This document shows positions 9,313 through 17,736 of a stretch of 31,424 nt of DNA, one piece after another. The notes beneath the pieces were generated by a model. That model had not been told where the DNA came from. It saw only the letters and a program-made list of their open reading frames with translations, and ran no database searches. The DNA comes from a virus. Lineage: Duplodnaviria > Heunggongvirae > Uroviricota > Caudoviricetes. The position numbers were made by a program, and so were the translations under genes. The DNA lies in the IMG/VR virus record IMGVR_UViG_2660238153_000004, positions 1 through 31,424 of that record. One strand, 5' to 3'. The stretch's first letter is position 1, and every line of letters begins with the position of its first letter.

Positions 9313-9582
9313 CTTGTTGTTCTGTTTACCAAGTTCTCTGGAAATCATTGCCGTCGTTCGTATTGTCCACACCATTGATTTTTATCAATAGTCGTAGTCA
9401 TACGGATAGTCCTGGTATTGTTCCATCACATCCTGAGGATGCTCTTCGAACTCTTCAAATTCTTCTTCCATATATCACCTCAAATAAGTGGTTTGCTGCC
9501 TAATTTCATTTTCTGGCGACCAACACAAGTCACACCCATTTCACTGCGTGGCTTGCGGTAGTAAATTAGGTTTGTTCAGACA

Positions 9583-9604
9583 ATAAAAAACCCACCGAAG
9601 TGGG
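9583..9604 (-). terminator. Putative intrinsic terminator (tL-like) after the first gene downstream of N
   Basis: Minus-strand CCCAC-TTCG-GTGGG hairpin followed by TTTTTTATT, starting right at the stop codon of the 9605..9943 gene. Confidence 0.5.
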
Positions 9605-9943
9605 CTATGACCATTTTTTATTTGGATTTCGTTGGTGAGCGTGATTAACAACTCTGTGCATTACATCCTCATATTTTTCATCTTCAATTTTTTCGACATC
9701 GCGAGGAAATGGTGTTGCTAATGCTTTGTCAACTTTGTCCATTGGGTCTTCATTAATCTTATATTCAGGGCCATCATCTATAGCATTAAATCCAGGTGTT
9801 ACACCGTTTTTTAATGCATATGCTATCCTTTTTTCCCATCTCGCTATTCTCCTCCTGTCTCGAGATGTAAGACCTCTATCAGATACTTTTCTGTTTTGTC
9901 CGCGGTCAGGATTAACATAAATAGTCTTTTTCACCATAAGCAT
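9605..9943 (-). CDS. Hypothetical protein downstream of N (112 aa)
   Basis: ORF; first ATG (MLMVKK...) lies 5 nt after the N stop; the track start at 9949 is TTG. Basic N-terminal half, acidic C-terminal half. Confidence 0.5.
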   Translation of the reverse strand: MLMVKKTIYVNPDRGQNRKVSDRGLTSRDRRRIARWEKRIAYALKNGVTPGFNAIDDGPEYKINEDPMDKVDKALATPFPRDVEKIEDEKYEDVMHRVVNHAHQRNPNKKWS

Positions 9944-9945
9944 AC

Positions 9946-10251
9946 TCAATAAGCACCGTACGGTAGTTTACTGTACAATTTTATTTTTTGGACTGCATGT
10001 ATTTTGTTTCCTAATGGGTTTGAATCTTTGTAATAAATACTTCTATTTTTTCGAACGACTTCTTCTTTCTTCTTGCAGCAAAGGCATCCTAGCGATGCTG
10101 CTTTGTCTGCTCTGACGCAACCAGAGAGCTTTAGCGCAATTTTTCGCGCCAGTGCTTCATTACTGCGTCGCTCGGCAATAAGTTCTGCTCTGCGAGCTTT
10201 GTAGCGGCTTTTTGCCGTACCTTTGGATTCTTTCCAGACAATGGTTACCAT
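9946..10251 (-). CDS. N: N-type transcription antiterminator (phage 21 type)
   Basis: Start at MVTIVWKESKG with AAGGAG 6 nt upstream; arginine-rich motif GTAKSRYKARRAELIAERR matches the phage 21 N boxB-binding peptide as I recall it; lies between nutL/pL and the early-left genes. Confidence 0.75.
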   Translation of the reverse strand: MVTIVWKESKGTAKSRYKARRAELIAERRSNEALARKIALKLSGCVRADKAASLGCLCCKKKEEVVRKNRSIYYKDSNPLGNKIHAVQKIKLYSKLPYGAY

Positions 10252-10361
10252 GATGGTCTCCTTTAAGTGGCTTTGGCGCATGACGCGTCGAGGTGCTTAT
10301 CTTCTCGATCGCTGTCTTGCAGCTGCAATTCGCGCCATCCCCAAAACCACTCAAGTTCTGG

Positions 10362-10401
10362 TCTCAACGGTTAGGTTGAGAGTCCGTCGATGTTAAAGAG
10401 C
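10362..10401 (-). promoter_or_regulatory. nutL (boxA + boxB) antitermination site
   Basis: Minus-strand GCTCTTTAACA (boxA-like), then a TCTCAAC-CTAACC-GTTGAGA hairpin (boxB) upstream of N; the same boxA and a CTAACC-loop hairpin recur after cro. Confidence 0.6.
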
Positions 10402-10440
10402 CTGCCAATCTGTTCCGTTTGGCTTCCAGCGTCCTGCTGA

Positions 10441-10476
10441 TGGCTTAAATTTAAGACTTCTTAATTTATTGGTCAA
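10441..10476 (-). promoter_or_regulatory. pL promoter with oL operator
   Basis: Minus-strand TTGACC, 17-bp spacer, TAAATT; palindromic operator TTAAGACTTCTTAA (10451..10464) overlaps the spacer and -10. Confidence 0.5.
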
Positions 10477-10541
10477 GTGCATTTTTGAAGAAAACTTAAT
10501 TTTATGGGCGTGAATTTAGTTTGTCTTTGATTTTTAACGGG

Positions 10542-10565
10542 AAATAAAAAAGGGGCGAAAGCCCC
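10542..10565 (-). terminator. Intrinsic terminator after cI
   Basis: Minus-strand GGGGC-TTTC-GCCCC hairpin abutting the cI stop, followed by TTTTTTAT. Confidence 0.65.
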
Positions 10566-11216
10566 TTAAGGAAGGTTTGCTAGCTTGGCATCAACGACAA
10601 CGCCAATGATTTTACAGTTCCCATTGATTTCAATCATTGGGTATTGTGGATTGAGTGGTTTCAGGAATTTTCTACCGGCATCAATAACTAACTTTTTGAA
10701 TGTCGCCTCGTTTTCTCCTTCAAGTTTGGCGACTACCAACTTTCCATTACGTGGTTCGACTTCTGGGTCGACGAGAATAATCATCCCCTCAGGAATACTC
10801 AGTCCTGCCGGGGCAGTCATTGAATCGCCTTTAACGTCGAGCCAAAAAGAGTCTTCAGAACAATCTACCGTTGTGTCGTACCAGTTATCTATTGCACGCC
10901 TATGATATGGCTCTACAGCTTCCATCCAACATCCTGCGCTTACCCAACTAATTAGAGGATACGAACCTCTTGGATCATGCCTGCTGTGATAGGCAATGTT
11001 TGAAAGACTATCCTCTCCTTTCAACAGGTAATCAGGGGAGCACTGCAAAGCCTTGGCTAAGGCCAATAGGTTTTCGCCATTGGGCTCAGTTTCAGATCGC
11101 TCCCATTGGGAAATAGCAACATTAGACACGCCAACCATCTTGCCAAGGGCAGCCTGCCTAATCTTGAGTTCTTTTCTGCGAGCGCGAATACGCTCACCCA
11201 TCAGTTGTGTATTCAT
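10566..11216 (-). CDS. cI: CI-type prophage repressor (HTH + LexA-like S24 peptidase domain)
   Basis: 216 aa; N-terminal HTH (QAALGKMVGVSNVAISQWERSE); C-terminal GDSM...K Ser/Lys dyad and Ala-Gly in the linker; no Shine-Dalgarno before the ATG (leaderless-type start); operator abuts the start codon. Confidence 0.85.
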   Translation of the reverse strand: MNTQLMGERIRARRKELKIRQAALGKMVGVSNVAISQWERSETEPNGENLLALAKALQCSPDYLLKGEDSLSNIAYHSRHDPRGSYPLISWVSAGCWMEAVEPYHRRAIDNWYDTTVDCSEDSFWLDVKGDSMTAPAGLSIPEGMIILVDPEVEPRNGKLVVAKLEGENEATFKKLVIDAGRKFLKPLNPQYPMIEINGNCKIIGVVVDAKLANLP

Positions 11217-11270
11217 AGTTAAGACATCTTAAATAAACTTGACTTAAGATTCCTTTGGTGGATAATTTAA
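11217..11270 (+). promoter_or_regulatory. oR operators with pR promoter (divergent PRM region)
   Basis: Palindrome TTAAGACATCTTAA (11219..11232) plus two degenerate copies; TTGACT (11239..11244) with GATAAT 16 bp downstream, ahead of cro. Confidence 0.55.
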
Positions 11271-11296
11271 GTGTTCTTTAATTTCGGAGCGAGTCT

Positions 11297-11482
11297 ATGT
11301 ACAAAAAAGATGTTATTGACCACTTCGGAACCCAGCGTGCTGTTGCTAAAGCACTAGGCATTAGCGATGCAGCAGTCTCTCAGTGGAAAGAAGTTATCCC
11401 AGAGAAAGACGCCTATCGATTGGAAATCGTTACAGCTGGCGCCCTGAAGTATCAAGAAAGTGCTTACCGCCAAGCGGCATAA
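11297..11482 (+). CDS. cro: Cro-type repressor
   Basis: 61-aa HTH protein (TQRAVAKALGISDAAVSQW) transcribed divergently from cI; GGAG RBS. Confidence 0.8.
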   Translation: MYKKDVIDHFGTQRAVAKALGISDAAVSQWKEVIPEKDAYRLEIVTAGALKYQESAYRQAA

Positions 11483-11488
11483 GCAAAT

Positions 11489-11530
11489 TGCTCTTTAACA
11501 GTTCTGGCCTTTCACCTCTAACCGGGTGAG
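11489..11530 (+). promoter_or_regulatory. nutR (boxA + boxB)
   Basis: TGCTCTTTAACA boxA followed by a TCACC-TCTAACCG-GGTGA hairpin, which matches my memory of the phage 21 boxB; between cro and cII. Confidence 0.6.
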
Positions 11531-11597
11531 CAAACATCAGCGGCAAATCCATTGGGTGTGCCGCTATAACTCAATATCAATATAGGAAAATTAACAA

Positions 11598-11894
11598 ATG
11601 GCACAAGCAAGCTACAGCAAGCCAACACAGCGAGAAATTGATCGCGCTGAAACTGATTTACTCATCAACCTGTCAACGCTTACCCAGCGCGGTCTGGCAA
11701 AGATGATTGGCTGTCATGAATCGAAGATAAGCAGAACGGACTGGAGATTTATTGCTTCGGTCTTGTGTGCTTTCGGAATGGCATCAGACATCAGTCCGAT
11801 TAGCAGGGCTTTTAAGTATGCGCTTGATGAAATCACAAAGAAAAAATCCCCGGCCGCCACCGAGGATTTTAAGCAAATTGATATGCAATTCTGA
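11598..11894 (+). CDS. cII: CII-type transcriptional activator
   Basis: 98 aa; C-terminus ...[18 protein letters not shown] parallels lambda CII ...KKRPAATERSEQIQMEF (from memory); position cro-nutR-cII. Confidence 0.7.
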   Translation: MAQASYSKPTQREIDRAETDLLINLSTLTQRGLAKMIGCHESKISRTDWRFIASVLCAFGMASDISPISRAFKYALDEITKKKSPAATEDFKQIDMQF

Positions 11895-11926
11895 GGGAAT
11901 TACTGGATCAATCCACAGGAGTAATT

Positions 11927-12073
11927 ATGACAAAACAACTCAGTCCTTACCAGGACAAAATTCACAAACACATACTACGTGATCGCTTCCTGTCCAGCTT
12001 CAAGCAGCCTGGTCGATTCCGGGCTGAGTTGGAAAAAGTGAAGCTGATGCAGAAGGAGAAAGGTCATGAGTAA
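11927..12073 (+). CDS. Small hypothetical protein (48 aa) between cII and the replication genes
   Basis: Hand-translated [24 protein letters not shown]... with AGGAG RBS; overlaps the start of the O-like gene by 8 nt. Confidence 0.4.
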   Translation: MTKQLSPYQDKIHKHILRDRFLSSFKQPGRFRAELEKVKLMQKEKGHE

Positions 12074-12965
12074 CATATCTAATCTAGCCGAAGCCAGAGA
12101 GGCCAGAAGGCTACAACAACCGCATCAAAGCAGCGGTAAGGGGTATGCCTTGCTGCACCGTAAAATTATGGATGTGCCGTTTTACAAGGATGCAGAAGCA
12201 GCGCATCTGTGGGTTCACTTAATCCTCAAAGCAAAGCATACGCCTGAGTATGTAATGACTGACGCAGGAGAAATTCTGGTAGGCAGAGGGAAGCTACTTG
12301 GCGGTAGAAACTCTCTGGCGTTTGAAACAGGACTCAAACCAGATCGCGTTCAGTACCTGCTTAGAAAGTTCAAAAAACTCGGCATGATTGACTGGGTTTC
12401 ACACGGTAAATTCTCAGTTTTCTCAGTAGAGAAATATGACGATTATCAGTCAAATTTTGTACCAGCAGATTACCAGCAAATTACCACCTCAAAGCCAGCA
12501 ATACCAATGCCTGTAAGCAATGCTGTACCAGCAGATTACCAGCAAATTACCACAGATAAAGAATATAATAATATTATCTCTAATACTGACGTATTAGAGA
12601 GTGCCACAGCAGACAAAAAGTCTGACAAGAAAAAACCTTCCGTCAGCTGTCAGGATGTTGTCGATGCTTACCACGAAATCCTTCCTGAAGCTCCAAGAAT
12701 CCGCGCACTGAATGACAAGCGTAAAAACCAGATCCGAACGTTCTGGCGCAAAGCCGGAGTGATAACCCGCCAGCTTGACGGGCATGGGTTCACGATGCAG
12801 GACTGGAGAAATTATTTGAGCTACGTTGGCGAAAATTGCCGATGGATGTTCGAAGAGCGCCCAAACCATCAACGCGGAACCGTCTGGCACAAAAAGGGAT
12901 TTGATTTCCTGCTTAACGATAATACCTACCTGAAAGTTCGTGAGGGTGAACACGATGACCGATAA
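12066..12965 (+). CDS. Replication initiator, O-like (origin-binding)
   Basis: 299-aa ORF directly upstream of the helicase; contains the iteron repeats, which appear in the protein as duplicated [10 protein letters not shown]. Confidence 0.7.
   Translation: MSNISNLAEAREARRLQQPHQSSGKGYALLHRKIMDVPFYKDAEAAHLWVHLILKAKHTPEYVMTDAGEILVGRGKLLGGRNSLAFETGLKPDRVQYLLRKFKKLGMIDWVSHGKFSVFSVEKYDDYQSNFVPADYQQITTSKPAIPMPVSNAVPADYQQITTDKEYNNIISNTDVLESATADKKSDKKKPSVSCQDVVDAYHEILPEAPRIRALNDKRKNQIRTFWRKAGVITRQLDGHGFTMQDWRNYLSYVGENCRWMFEERPNHQRGTVWHKKGFDFLLNDNTYLKVREGEHDDR
12459..12553 (+). repeat. Putative replication origin iterons inside the O-like gene
   Basis: Two identical 29-bp units GTACCAGCAGATTACCAGCAAATTACCAC at 12459..12487 and 12525..12553 (period 66 bp), each built of TTACCA-type sub-repeats; AT-rich stretch follows. 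Confidence 0.6.
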
Positions 12966-14391
12966 TTTTTATGCGCCGCCCCATAGCATCGAGGCAGAGC
13001 AGGCGGTGATTGGTGGATTGCTTCTGGATGATGACAGCAGTGAGCGCGTCCAGAAAGTTCTGGCGATGCTGAAGCCCGATTCATTTTACAGCCGACCACA
13101 CAAAATCCTTTTCGAAGAAATAACCAGAATGCACCGGGAGCAAAAGCCAGTAGATGGCCTGACGCTTTTCGATGAACTGGAGCGTAAATCGTTAACGGCG
13201 TCTGTTGGCGGTTTTGCTTATATCGCTGAGATCGCAAAGAACACGCCGAGCGCCGCAAACATCGTTGCCTATGCAATGCAGGTTCGCGAAACCGCAATGG
13301 AACGCTACGCCATAAACCGCATGACTGAAGCGACGGAATTGCTCTATTCCCGCAACGGAATGACTGCAACGCAGAAGTACGAAGCTATTCAGGCGATTTT
13401 CACGCAACTGACAGACCATGCAAAAACCGGATCGCGTCGCGGCCTTCGCTCATTTGGTGAGGTCATGGAAGACTGGGTTAGCGACCTTGAGAAGCGATTT
13501 GACCCGTCAGGCGAACAACGAGGAATGAGCACAGGGATCCCATCTCTGGACAGGATGCTGTCACCGAAAGGTCTGGTGAAAGGCTCTCTGTTCGTCATTG
13601 GCGCTCGCCCTAAGATGGGGAAAACGACGCTATACAGCCAGATGGCAATCAACTGCGCAGTGCATGAGAAAAAGCCCGCTCTGATGTTCAGTCTTGAAAT
13701 GCCAGGCGACCAGATACTGGAAAAGCTGGTAGGACAGAAGTCAGGTGTTAACCCGAATATTTTTTACCTTCCGGCGACAAATGACGCTGATGACGGCTAT
13801 CAGGGTGATTACGATGGTGACTTCAACAGGGCGATAGAAACAGCAAATCGCTTGAGTGAAATCGACATGCTTTACATCGACGACACGCCGGGATTATCTC
13901 TGGCTCAAATCGTCAGCGAAAGCCGTCGAATCAAGCGAGAAAAAGGATGTGTTGGCATGATTCTGGTCGATTACCTGACACTAATGACCGCTGAGAAGGC
14001 CGATCGCAACGACCTTGCTTACGGTATGATCACCAAAGGACTGAAGAACCTTGCCAAAGAGCTTGATTGCGTTGTTGTGCTTCTGACACAGCTTAACCGC
14101 GCACTGGAAAGCCGAACCAATAAACGCCCATTACCAAGTGACTCACGAGATACAGGGCAGATTGAACAGGATTGCGATTATTGGGTCGGGATCCATCGTG
14201 AAGGCGCTTTTGATGACAGTGTTCCACCTGGTGAAACTGAACTAATCCTTCGTCTCAATCGTCATGGCAATACCGGCACGGTGTATTGCATTCAGGCAAA
14301 TGGCGCTATTTATGACACAGACCAACAGTCTGCTGAAATGCGCCGCCGTGAACGCGAGGAACCGCAGTCCAAGAAGAAAGGAGGATTCTGA
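12955..14391 (+). CDS. Replicative DNA helicase, DnaB-like
   Basis: Start at [25 protein letters not shown] (DnaB N-terminal motif) with GAGGGTGA RBS; Walker A GARPKMGKTT; ILVDYLTLM motif. Confidence 0.85.
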   Translation: MTDNFYAPPHSIEAEQAVIGGLLLDDDSSERVQKVLAMLKPDSFYSRPHKILFEEITRMHREQKPVDGLTLFDELERKSLTASVGGFAYIAEIAKNTPSAANIVAYAMQVRETAMERYAINRMTEATELLYSRNGMTATQKYEAIQAIFTQLTDHAKTGSRRGLRSFGEVMEDWVSDLEKRFDPSGEQRGMSTGIPSLDRMLSPKGLVKGSLFVIGARPKMGKTTLYSQMAINCAVHEKKPALMFSLEMPGDQILEKLVGQKSGVNPNIFYLPATNDADDGYQGDYDGDFNRAIETANRLSEIDMLYIDDTPGLSLAQIVSESRRIKREKGCVGMILVDYLTLMTAEKADRNDLAYGMITKGLKNLAKELDCVVVLLTQLNRALESRTNKRPLPSDSRDTGQIEQDCDYWVGIHREGAFDDSVPPGETELILRLNRHGNTGTVYCIQANGAIYDTDQQSAEMRRREREEPQSKKKGGF

Positions 14392-14420
14392 TGACATCTA
14401 CATCACTGAGATAATAACAG

Positions 14421-14450
14421 GGGCTATTTACACAGTAGCCCTTTTTTATT
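14421..14450 (+). terminator. Intrinsic terminator after the replication genes
   Basis: GGGCTA-TTTACACAG-TAGCCC hairpin followed by TTTTTTATT. Confidence 0.6.
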
Positions 14451-14474
14451 GGATTAAGAACGAGGGGGCTTCTG

Positions 14475-14687
14475 ATGGACACCGTTAACGGAATGTGTTC
14501 AGACGCACCGCATGCCAAAAAATGTAAATGCGGAAAATCACCGACAATATTCGACATGGAGAACGGGTGCCAAATCTACTGCGCTAACCATGCCGCTGTG
14601 GCGGCCGCGAATTATCGCAGTGCGGTAACGGAGTGGAATAACCTGAAATCTGTTAGAGAGGGGAGTCATGAAAAAACTAACCTTTGA
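14475..14687 (+). CDS. Cysteine-rich hypothetical nin-region protein (70 aa)
   Basis: ORF with GAGGGGG RBS; CKCG...C...YC pattern; overlaps the ninB start by 20 nt. Confidence 0.45.
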   Translation: MDTVNGMCSDAPHAKKCKCGKSPTIFDMENGCQIYCANHAAVAAANYRSAVTEWNNLKSVREGSHEKTNL

Positions 14688-15108
14688 AATTCGATCTCCA
14701 GCACATCAGCAAAACGCTATTCACGCAGTACAGCAAATCCTTCCAGACCCAACCAAGCCAATCGTAGTGATCATTCAGGAGCGCAACCGCAGCTTAGACC
14801 AGAATCGGAAGCTTTGGGCTTGCCTTGGTGACGTCTCTCGTCAGGTTGAATGGCATGGTCGCTGGCTGGATGCAGAAAGCTGGAAGTGTGTGTTTACCGC
14901 AGCATTAAAGCAGCAGGACGTTGTTCCTAACCTTGCCGGGAATGGCTTTGTGGTAATAGGCCAGTCAACCAGCAGGATGCGTGTAAGCGAATTTGCGGAG
15001 TTATTAGAGCTTATACAGGCATTCGGTACAGAGCGTGGCGTTAAGTGGTCAGACGAAGCGCGACTGGCTCTGGAGTGGAAAGCAAGATGGGGAGACAGGG
15101 CAGCATGA
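14668..15108 (+). CDS. ninB: NinB recombination protein
   Basis: 146 aa, [31 protein letters not shown]...; matches lambda NinB in length and sequence as I recall it. Confidence 0.8.
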   Translation: MKKLTFEIRSPAHQQNAIHAVQQILPDPTKPIVVIIQERNRSLDQNRKLWACLGDVSRQVEWHGRWLDAESWKCVFTAALKQQDVVPNLAGNGFVVIGQSTSRMRVSEFAELLELIQAFGTERGVKWSDEARLALEWKARWGDRAA

Positions 15109-15278
15109 TGCGATGTTATCGGTGCGGTGAATGCAAAGAAGATAACCGCTTCCGACCAAATCAACCTTACTGGAATCGATGGTGTCTCCGGTGTGAAAGA
15201 ACACCAACAGGGGTGTTACCACTACCGCAGGAAAAGGAGGACGTGTGGCGAGACAGCGACGAAGTATCACCGACATAA
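15105..15278 (+). CDS. ninD: NinD-like zinc-ribbon protein (57 aa)
   Basis: In-frame part of the track ORF 15045..15278 starting at ATGATG overlapping the ninB stop; CYRCGEC...CLRC motif; same size as lambda NinD. Confidence 0.55.
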   Translation: MMRCYRCGECKEDNRFRPNQPYWNRWCLRCERTPTGVLPLPQEKEDVWRDSDEVSPT

Positions 15279-15421
15279 TCTGCGAAAACTGCAAATACCT
15301 TCCAACGAAGCGCTCCAGAAATAAACGCAAGCCAATCCCAAAAGAATCTGACGTAAAAACCTTCAACTACACGGCTCACCTGTGGGATATCCGGTGGCTA
15401 AGAAATCGTGCGAGGAAATGA
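15245..15421 (+). CDS. ninE: NinE-like protein (58 aa; GTG start)
   Basis: Hand-translated third-frame ORF (V/M)[57 protein letters not shown], which resembles lambda NinE from memory; AGGAGG upstream; below the track cut-off. Confidence 0.5.
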   Translation: MARQRRSITDIICENCKYLPTKRSRNKRKPIPKESDVKTFNYTAHLWDIRWLRNRARK

Positions 15422-15783
15422 CAATGGATTATTCACAGTTAAGTGATTTTGAAATTAACGTGGCGGTATTCGAAGCCATTCATAACGGATCACCGGATTA
15501 CAAAGAAGGTAAGAATGGCGCGATGGTGTTTATCTCATTTGAGGGAGACATTGTAAACGGAGACGCAGTTGAAGTAGAGGTTGAGCGCGGATCCTTTAAC
15601 CCATGCGCAAACCCAGCAGACGCATGGCCGATTATTGAAAAATACAGGATTAGCATTATCAATCTCGATGAAGACGAGTGGGGTGCACGCGGTGTGACCT
15701 ACCGTAAATCTAAGCGAGCTATACATGAAAATCCCCTTCGCGCCGCCATGATTGTCTTTCTCATGATGCAGAGAATCCAATAA
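15418..15783 (+). CDS. Hypothetical nin-region protein (121 aa; possibly NinX-like)
   Basis: Start at [20 protein letters not shown] with GAGGAAATG RBS overlapping the ninE stop; the track start at 15382 is an extension. Confidence 0.55.
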   Translation: MTMDYSQLSDFEINVAVFEAIHNGSPDYKEGKNGAMVFISFEGDIVNGDAVEVEVERGSFNPCANPADAWPIIEKYRISIINLDEDEWGARGVTYRKSKRAIHENPLRAAMIVFLMMQRIQ

Positions 15784-15956
15784 TGCTTAGCCCATCCCAA
15801 TCCCTTCAATACCAGAAAGAAAGCGTCGAGCGAGCTTTAACGTGCGCTAACTGCGGTCAGAAGCTGCATGTGCTGGAAGTTCACGTGTGTGAGCACTGCT
15901 GCGCAGAGTTAATGGCAGACCCTAACGGACAAATGCTGGAGGAAGATGATGAGTGA
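15783..15956 (+). CDS. ninF: NinF-like protein (57 aa)
   Basis: Hand-translated [60 protein letters not shown], close to my memory of lambda NinF; below the track cut-off. Confidence 0.6.
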   Translation: MLSPSQSLQYQKESVERALTCANCGQKLHVLEVHVCEHCCAELMADPNGQMLEEDDE

Positions 15957-16251
15957 GTTACGCGCAGGTGGCATCGCAATAGTCATTTTTTCAGAAAACA
16001 AACCCGAAATTGGCAGATGCGTTGAGTTAATCGAAAAAGTAACAAACGGATATGTATTTAATTTTCCTGGTGCAGGTAAGCATAGTTGGCGTGATGACAC
16101 CCCTGGGTGGCTAGTTAAAGGCGATGTATCGATTTATACAAACGAGCCTTCAGGTGGTTTCTCTTATTTTTACAGTGATGAACTCATGCCAATCGACGGA
16201 GAAGACTTCTCTCACGAAGATGAGCAACAGAAGGAGCTGGCAAATGGCTAA
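15946..16251 (+). CDS. Hypothetical nin-region protein (101 aa)
   Basis: ORF in the track; overlaps the ninF end and the downstream start; no family recognised. Confidence 0.5.
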   Translation: MMSELRAGGIAIVIFSENKPEIGRCVELIEKVTNGYVFNFPGAGKHSWRDDTPGWLVKGDVSIYTNEPSGGFSYFYSDELMPIDGEDFSHEDEQQKELANG

Positions 16252-16534
16252 TCTACGCAAAGAAGCGCGCGGAAGAGAATGTCAGGTGCGTATTTACGGC
16301 GTATGCAATGGCAATCCTGAAACTACAGTTCTGGCACATTACCGGATGGCTGGAATTTGCGGAACGGGAATGAAGCCTGACGACCTGATCGGCGCATGGG
16401 CTTGTAGCGCGTGTCACGATGAAATCGACCGACGCACCCATAATCTCGACAACAAAGACGCCAGACTTTACCACCTCGAAGGCGTGATCAGGACGCAGGC
16501 GATACTGCTGAAGGAGGGGAAGATTAAGCCATGA
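16244..16534 (+). CDS. DUF1364/YbcO-like putative nuclease (96 aa)
   Basis: Internal ATG (MANLRKEARGRECQVRIYGVCNGNPETTVLAHYR...) with AAGGAG RBS; conserved Cys/His pattern; sits upstream of rusA as YbcO-like genes do in lambdoid prophages. Confidence 0.6.
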   Translation: MANLRKEARGRECQVRIYGVCNGNPETTVLAHYRMAGICGTGMKPDDLIGAWACSACHDEIDRRTHNLDNKDARLYHLEGVIRTQAILLKEGKIKP

Positions 16535-16893
16535 ACGAATATCAGTTTGTGCTTCCATACCCGCCGTCGGTGAACACCTACTGGCGAAGACGGGGAAGCC
16601 AATACTACATCAGCGATAAAGGCCAGAAATACCGAAAAGACGTTCAGAAAATCATCCGCCAACTCAAGTTAGACATTTTCACCAAATCACGACTCCGCAT
16701 CAAAGTCATCGCAGACGTTCCAGACTCCCGCCGCCGCGACCTCGATAACATCCTGAAAGGTTTACTCGATTCCCTTATCCACGCCGGATTTGCGGAAGAC
16801 GACGAGCAATTCGATGACATTCGCGTAATTCGTGGTGTGAAAGTACCAGGCGGACGGCTTGGAATAAAAATCACCGAACTGGAGAACGTATGA
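16531..16893 (+). CDS. rusA: RusA Holliday-junction resolvase
   Basis: 120 aa, MNEYQFVLPYPPSVNTYWRRRG...; RusA-family signature with catalytic Asp residues; AAGGAGGGGA RBS. Confidence 0.85.
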   Translation: MNEYQFVLPYPPSVNTYWRRRGSQYYISDKGQKYRKDVQKIIRQLKLDIFTKSRLRIKVIADVPDSRRRDLDNILKGLLDSLIHAGFAEDDEQFDDIRVIRGVKVPGGRLGIKITELENV

Positions 16894-17078
16894 ACGCCAC
16901 AATTCAAACGATACCAGAGCTTCTTATCCAGACACGAGGAAATCAGACCGAAGTGGCGAGGATGCTTTCCTGCGCAAGAGGAACAGTGCTCAAGTACAAC
17001 CGAGACAGCAAAGGCGAGCGTCACGTAATAGTTAACGGCGTCCTGATGGTCAAACAGGGCAAGAGGGGAAGACGATGA
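16890..17078 (+). CDS. ninH: NinH-like small DNA-binding protein
   Basis: 62 aa; ...GNQTEVARMLSCARGTVLKY... HTH resembling lambda NinH (from memory); ATGA overlap with rusA. Confidence 0.65.
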   Translation: MNATIQTIPELLIQTRGNQTEVARMLSCARGTVLKYNRDSKGERHVIVNGVLMVKQGKRGRR

Positions 17079-17593
17079 GCATAAGAGAACTAAACCTCAC
17101 CAAAGAACAGCACGATTGGCTGAATGGCTGGCTTGAACTGTGGGGTGCATGGGTTTACTCAGGTCGCCTGGAAAAGCGCATGAGCAGCGTAATAGCGAAG
17201 TTCATGGAGAGCGTAGAGCCGGGAAGAGTTATGACAAGGCCAATGTGTAATGATGATGATGGAATGTTGATTTCTCAGGTCGTCGATTCCGTCATGTACA
17301 TTGACAAGAAAGCCTTTGGCATCCTCCTCAGCTACTACGCTCATGGTTCATCTAAGCGAGCAATTGCATCCTACTATCACGCGACTGCAAAGCCACGCAA
17401 GATGTGTGGGCGTGGTGGTGAGGGATGGAGAAAACCTTCACTGGCAACCTGTAGAAATGAAATTGACGACATCCTGAAAGCGTCGTTATTTGTTTTGTAC
17501 CAACCAATGCAAAATGCTTTCAAAATGCGTAAACGTGTTGAGAAAGTTAAGCATGTTGCCGTTAAAAGCCTTGACATGCAATTAGCCATTTAG
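17075..17593 (+). CDS. Q: Late-gene antiterminator Q (phage 82-type family)
   Basis: 172 aa; WLELWGAWVYSG...RPMCNDDDGMLIS... parallels phage 82 Q (LERWGAWAANN...RPQCCDDDAMII) from memory; last nin-region gene before the late promoter region. Confidence 0.7.
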   Translation: MSIRELNLTKEQHDWLNGWLELWGAWVYSGRLEKRMSSVIAKFMESVEPGRVMTRPMCNDDDGMLISQVVDSVMYIDKKAFGILLSYYAHGSSKRAIASYYHATAKPRKMCGRGGEGWRKPSLATCRNEIDDILKASLFVLYQPMQNAFKMRKRVEKVKHVAVKSLDMQLAI

Positions 17594-17600
17594 CCATAAT
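17571..17600 (+). promoter_or_regulatory. Putative late promoter pR'
   Basis: TTGACA (17571..17576), 18-bp spacer, CATAAT (17595..17600), spanning the Q stop codon; terminator-like hairpin and T-run follow within about 50 nt. Confidence 0.4.
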
Positions 17601-17610
17601 TAGAGGGTAA

Positions 17611-17656
17611 GCTGCCGTTAGTGACTCTTAAGTTGCAACGGTGGCTTTTTTTATTT
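17611..17656 (+). terminator. Putative tR'-like terminator
   Basis: GCTGCCGTT...AACGGTGGC stem (two G-U pairs, large loop containing CTTAAG) followed by TTTTTTTATTT. Confidence 0.4.
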
Positions 17657-17731
17657 GGGTCAGTCGTATAAAGGTCATTACGGAAGGCTGTTAACCTTCT
17701 TATCGTGGTTCGAGTCCACGCTGTCCCGCCA
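17657..17731 (+). tRNA. Phage tRNA-Asn (anticodon GUU) candidate
   Basis: 75 nt; acceptor GGGTCAG/CTGTCCC (one T-T mismatch), anticodon stem GAAGG/CCTTC with loop CTGTTAA, T-arm CGTGG-TTCGAGT-CCACG, 3' GCCA; D-stem imperfect. Confidence 0.5.
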
Positions 17732-17736
17732 AACAT

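Noticed and set aside
9264-9503. Plus-strand 79-aa ORF in the pL-operon intergenic region
   Set aside because: Opposite strand to the surrounding operon, no RBS, and it spans two terminator hairpins; the minus-strand micro-ORF is more plausible.
10160-10354. Minus-strand 64-aa ORF overlapping the N start and nutL
   Set aside because: Alternate frame across the N ribosome-binding region and nut site; the AAGGAG-preceded N start at 10251 is preferred.
12594-13652. Minus-strand ORFs antisense to the O-like and DnaB-like genes
   Set aside because: Antisense to genes with clear helicase and initiator signatures.
16124-16243. N-terminal extension of the DUF1364/YbcO-like ORF (track start MYRFIQTS...)
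   Set aside because: The extension overlaps the upstream gene; the internal ATG at 16244 has an AAGGAG RBS and begins the conserved N-terminus.
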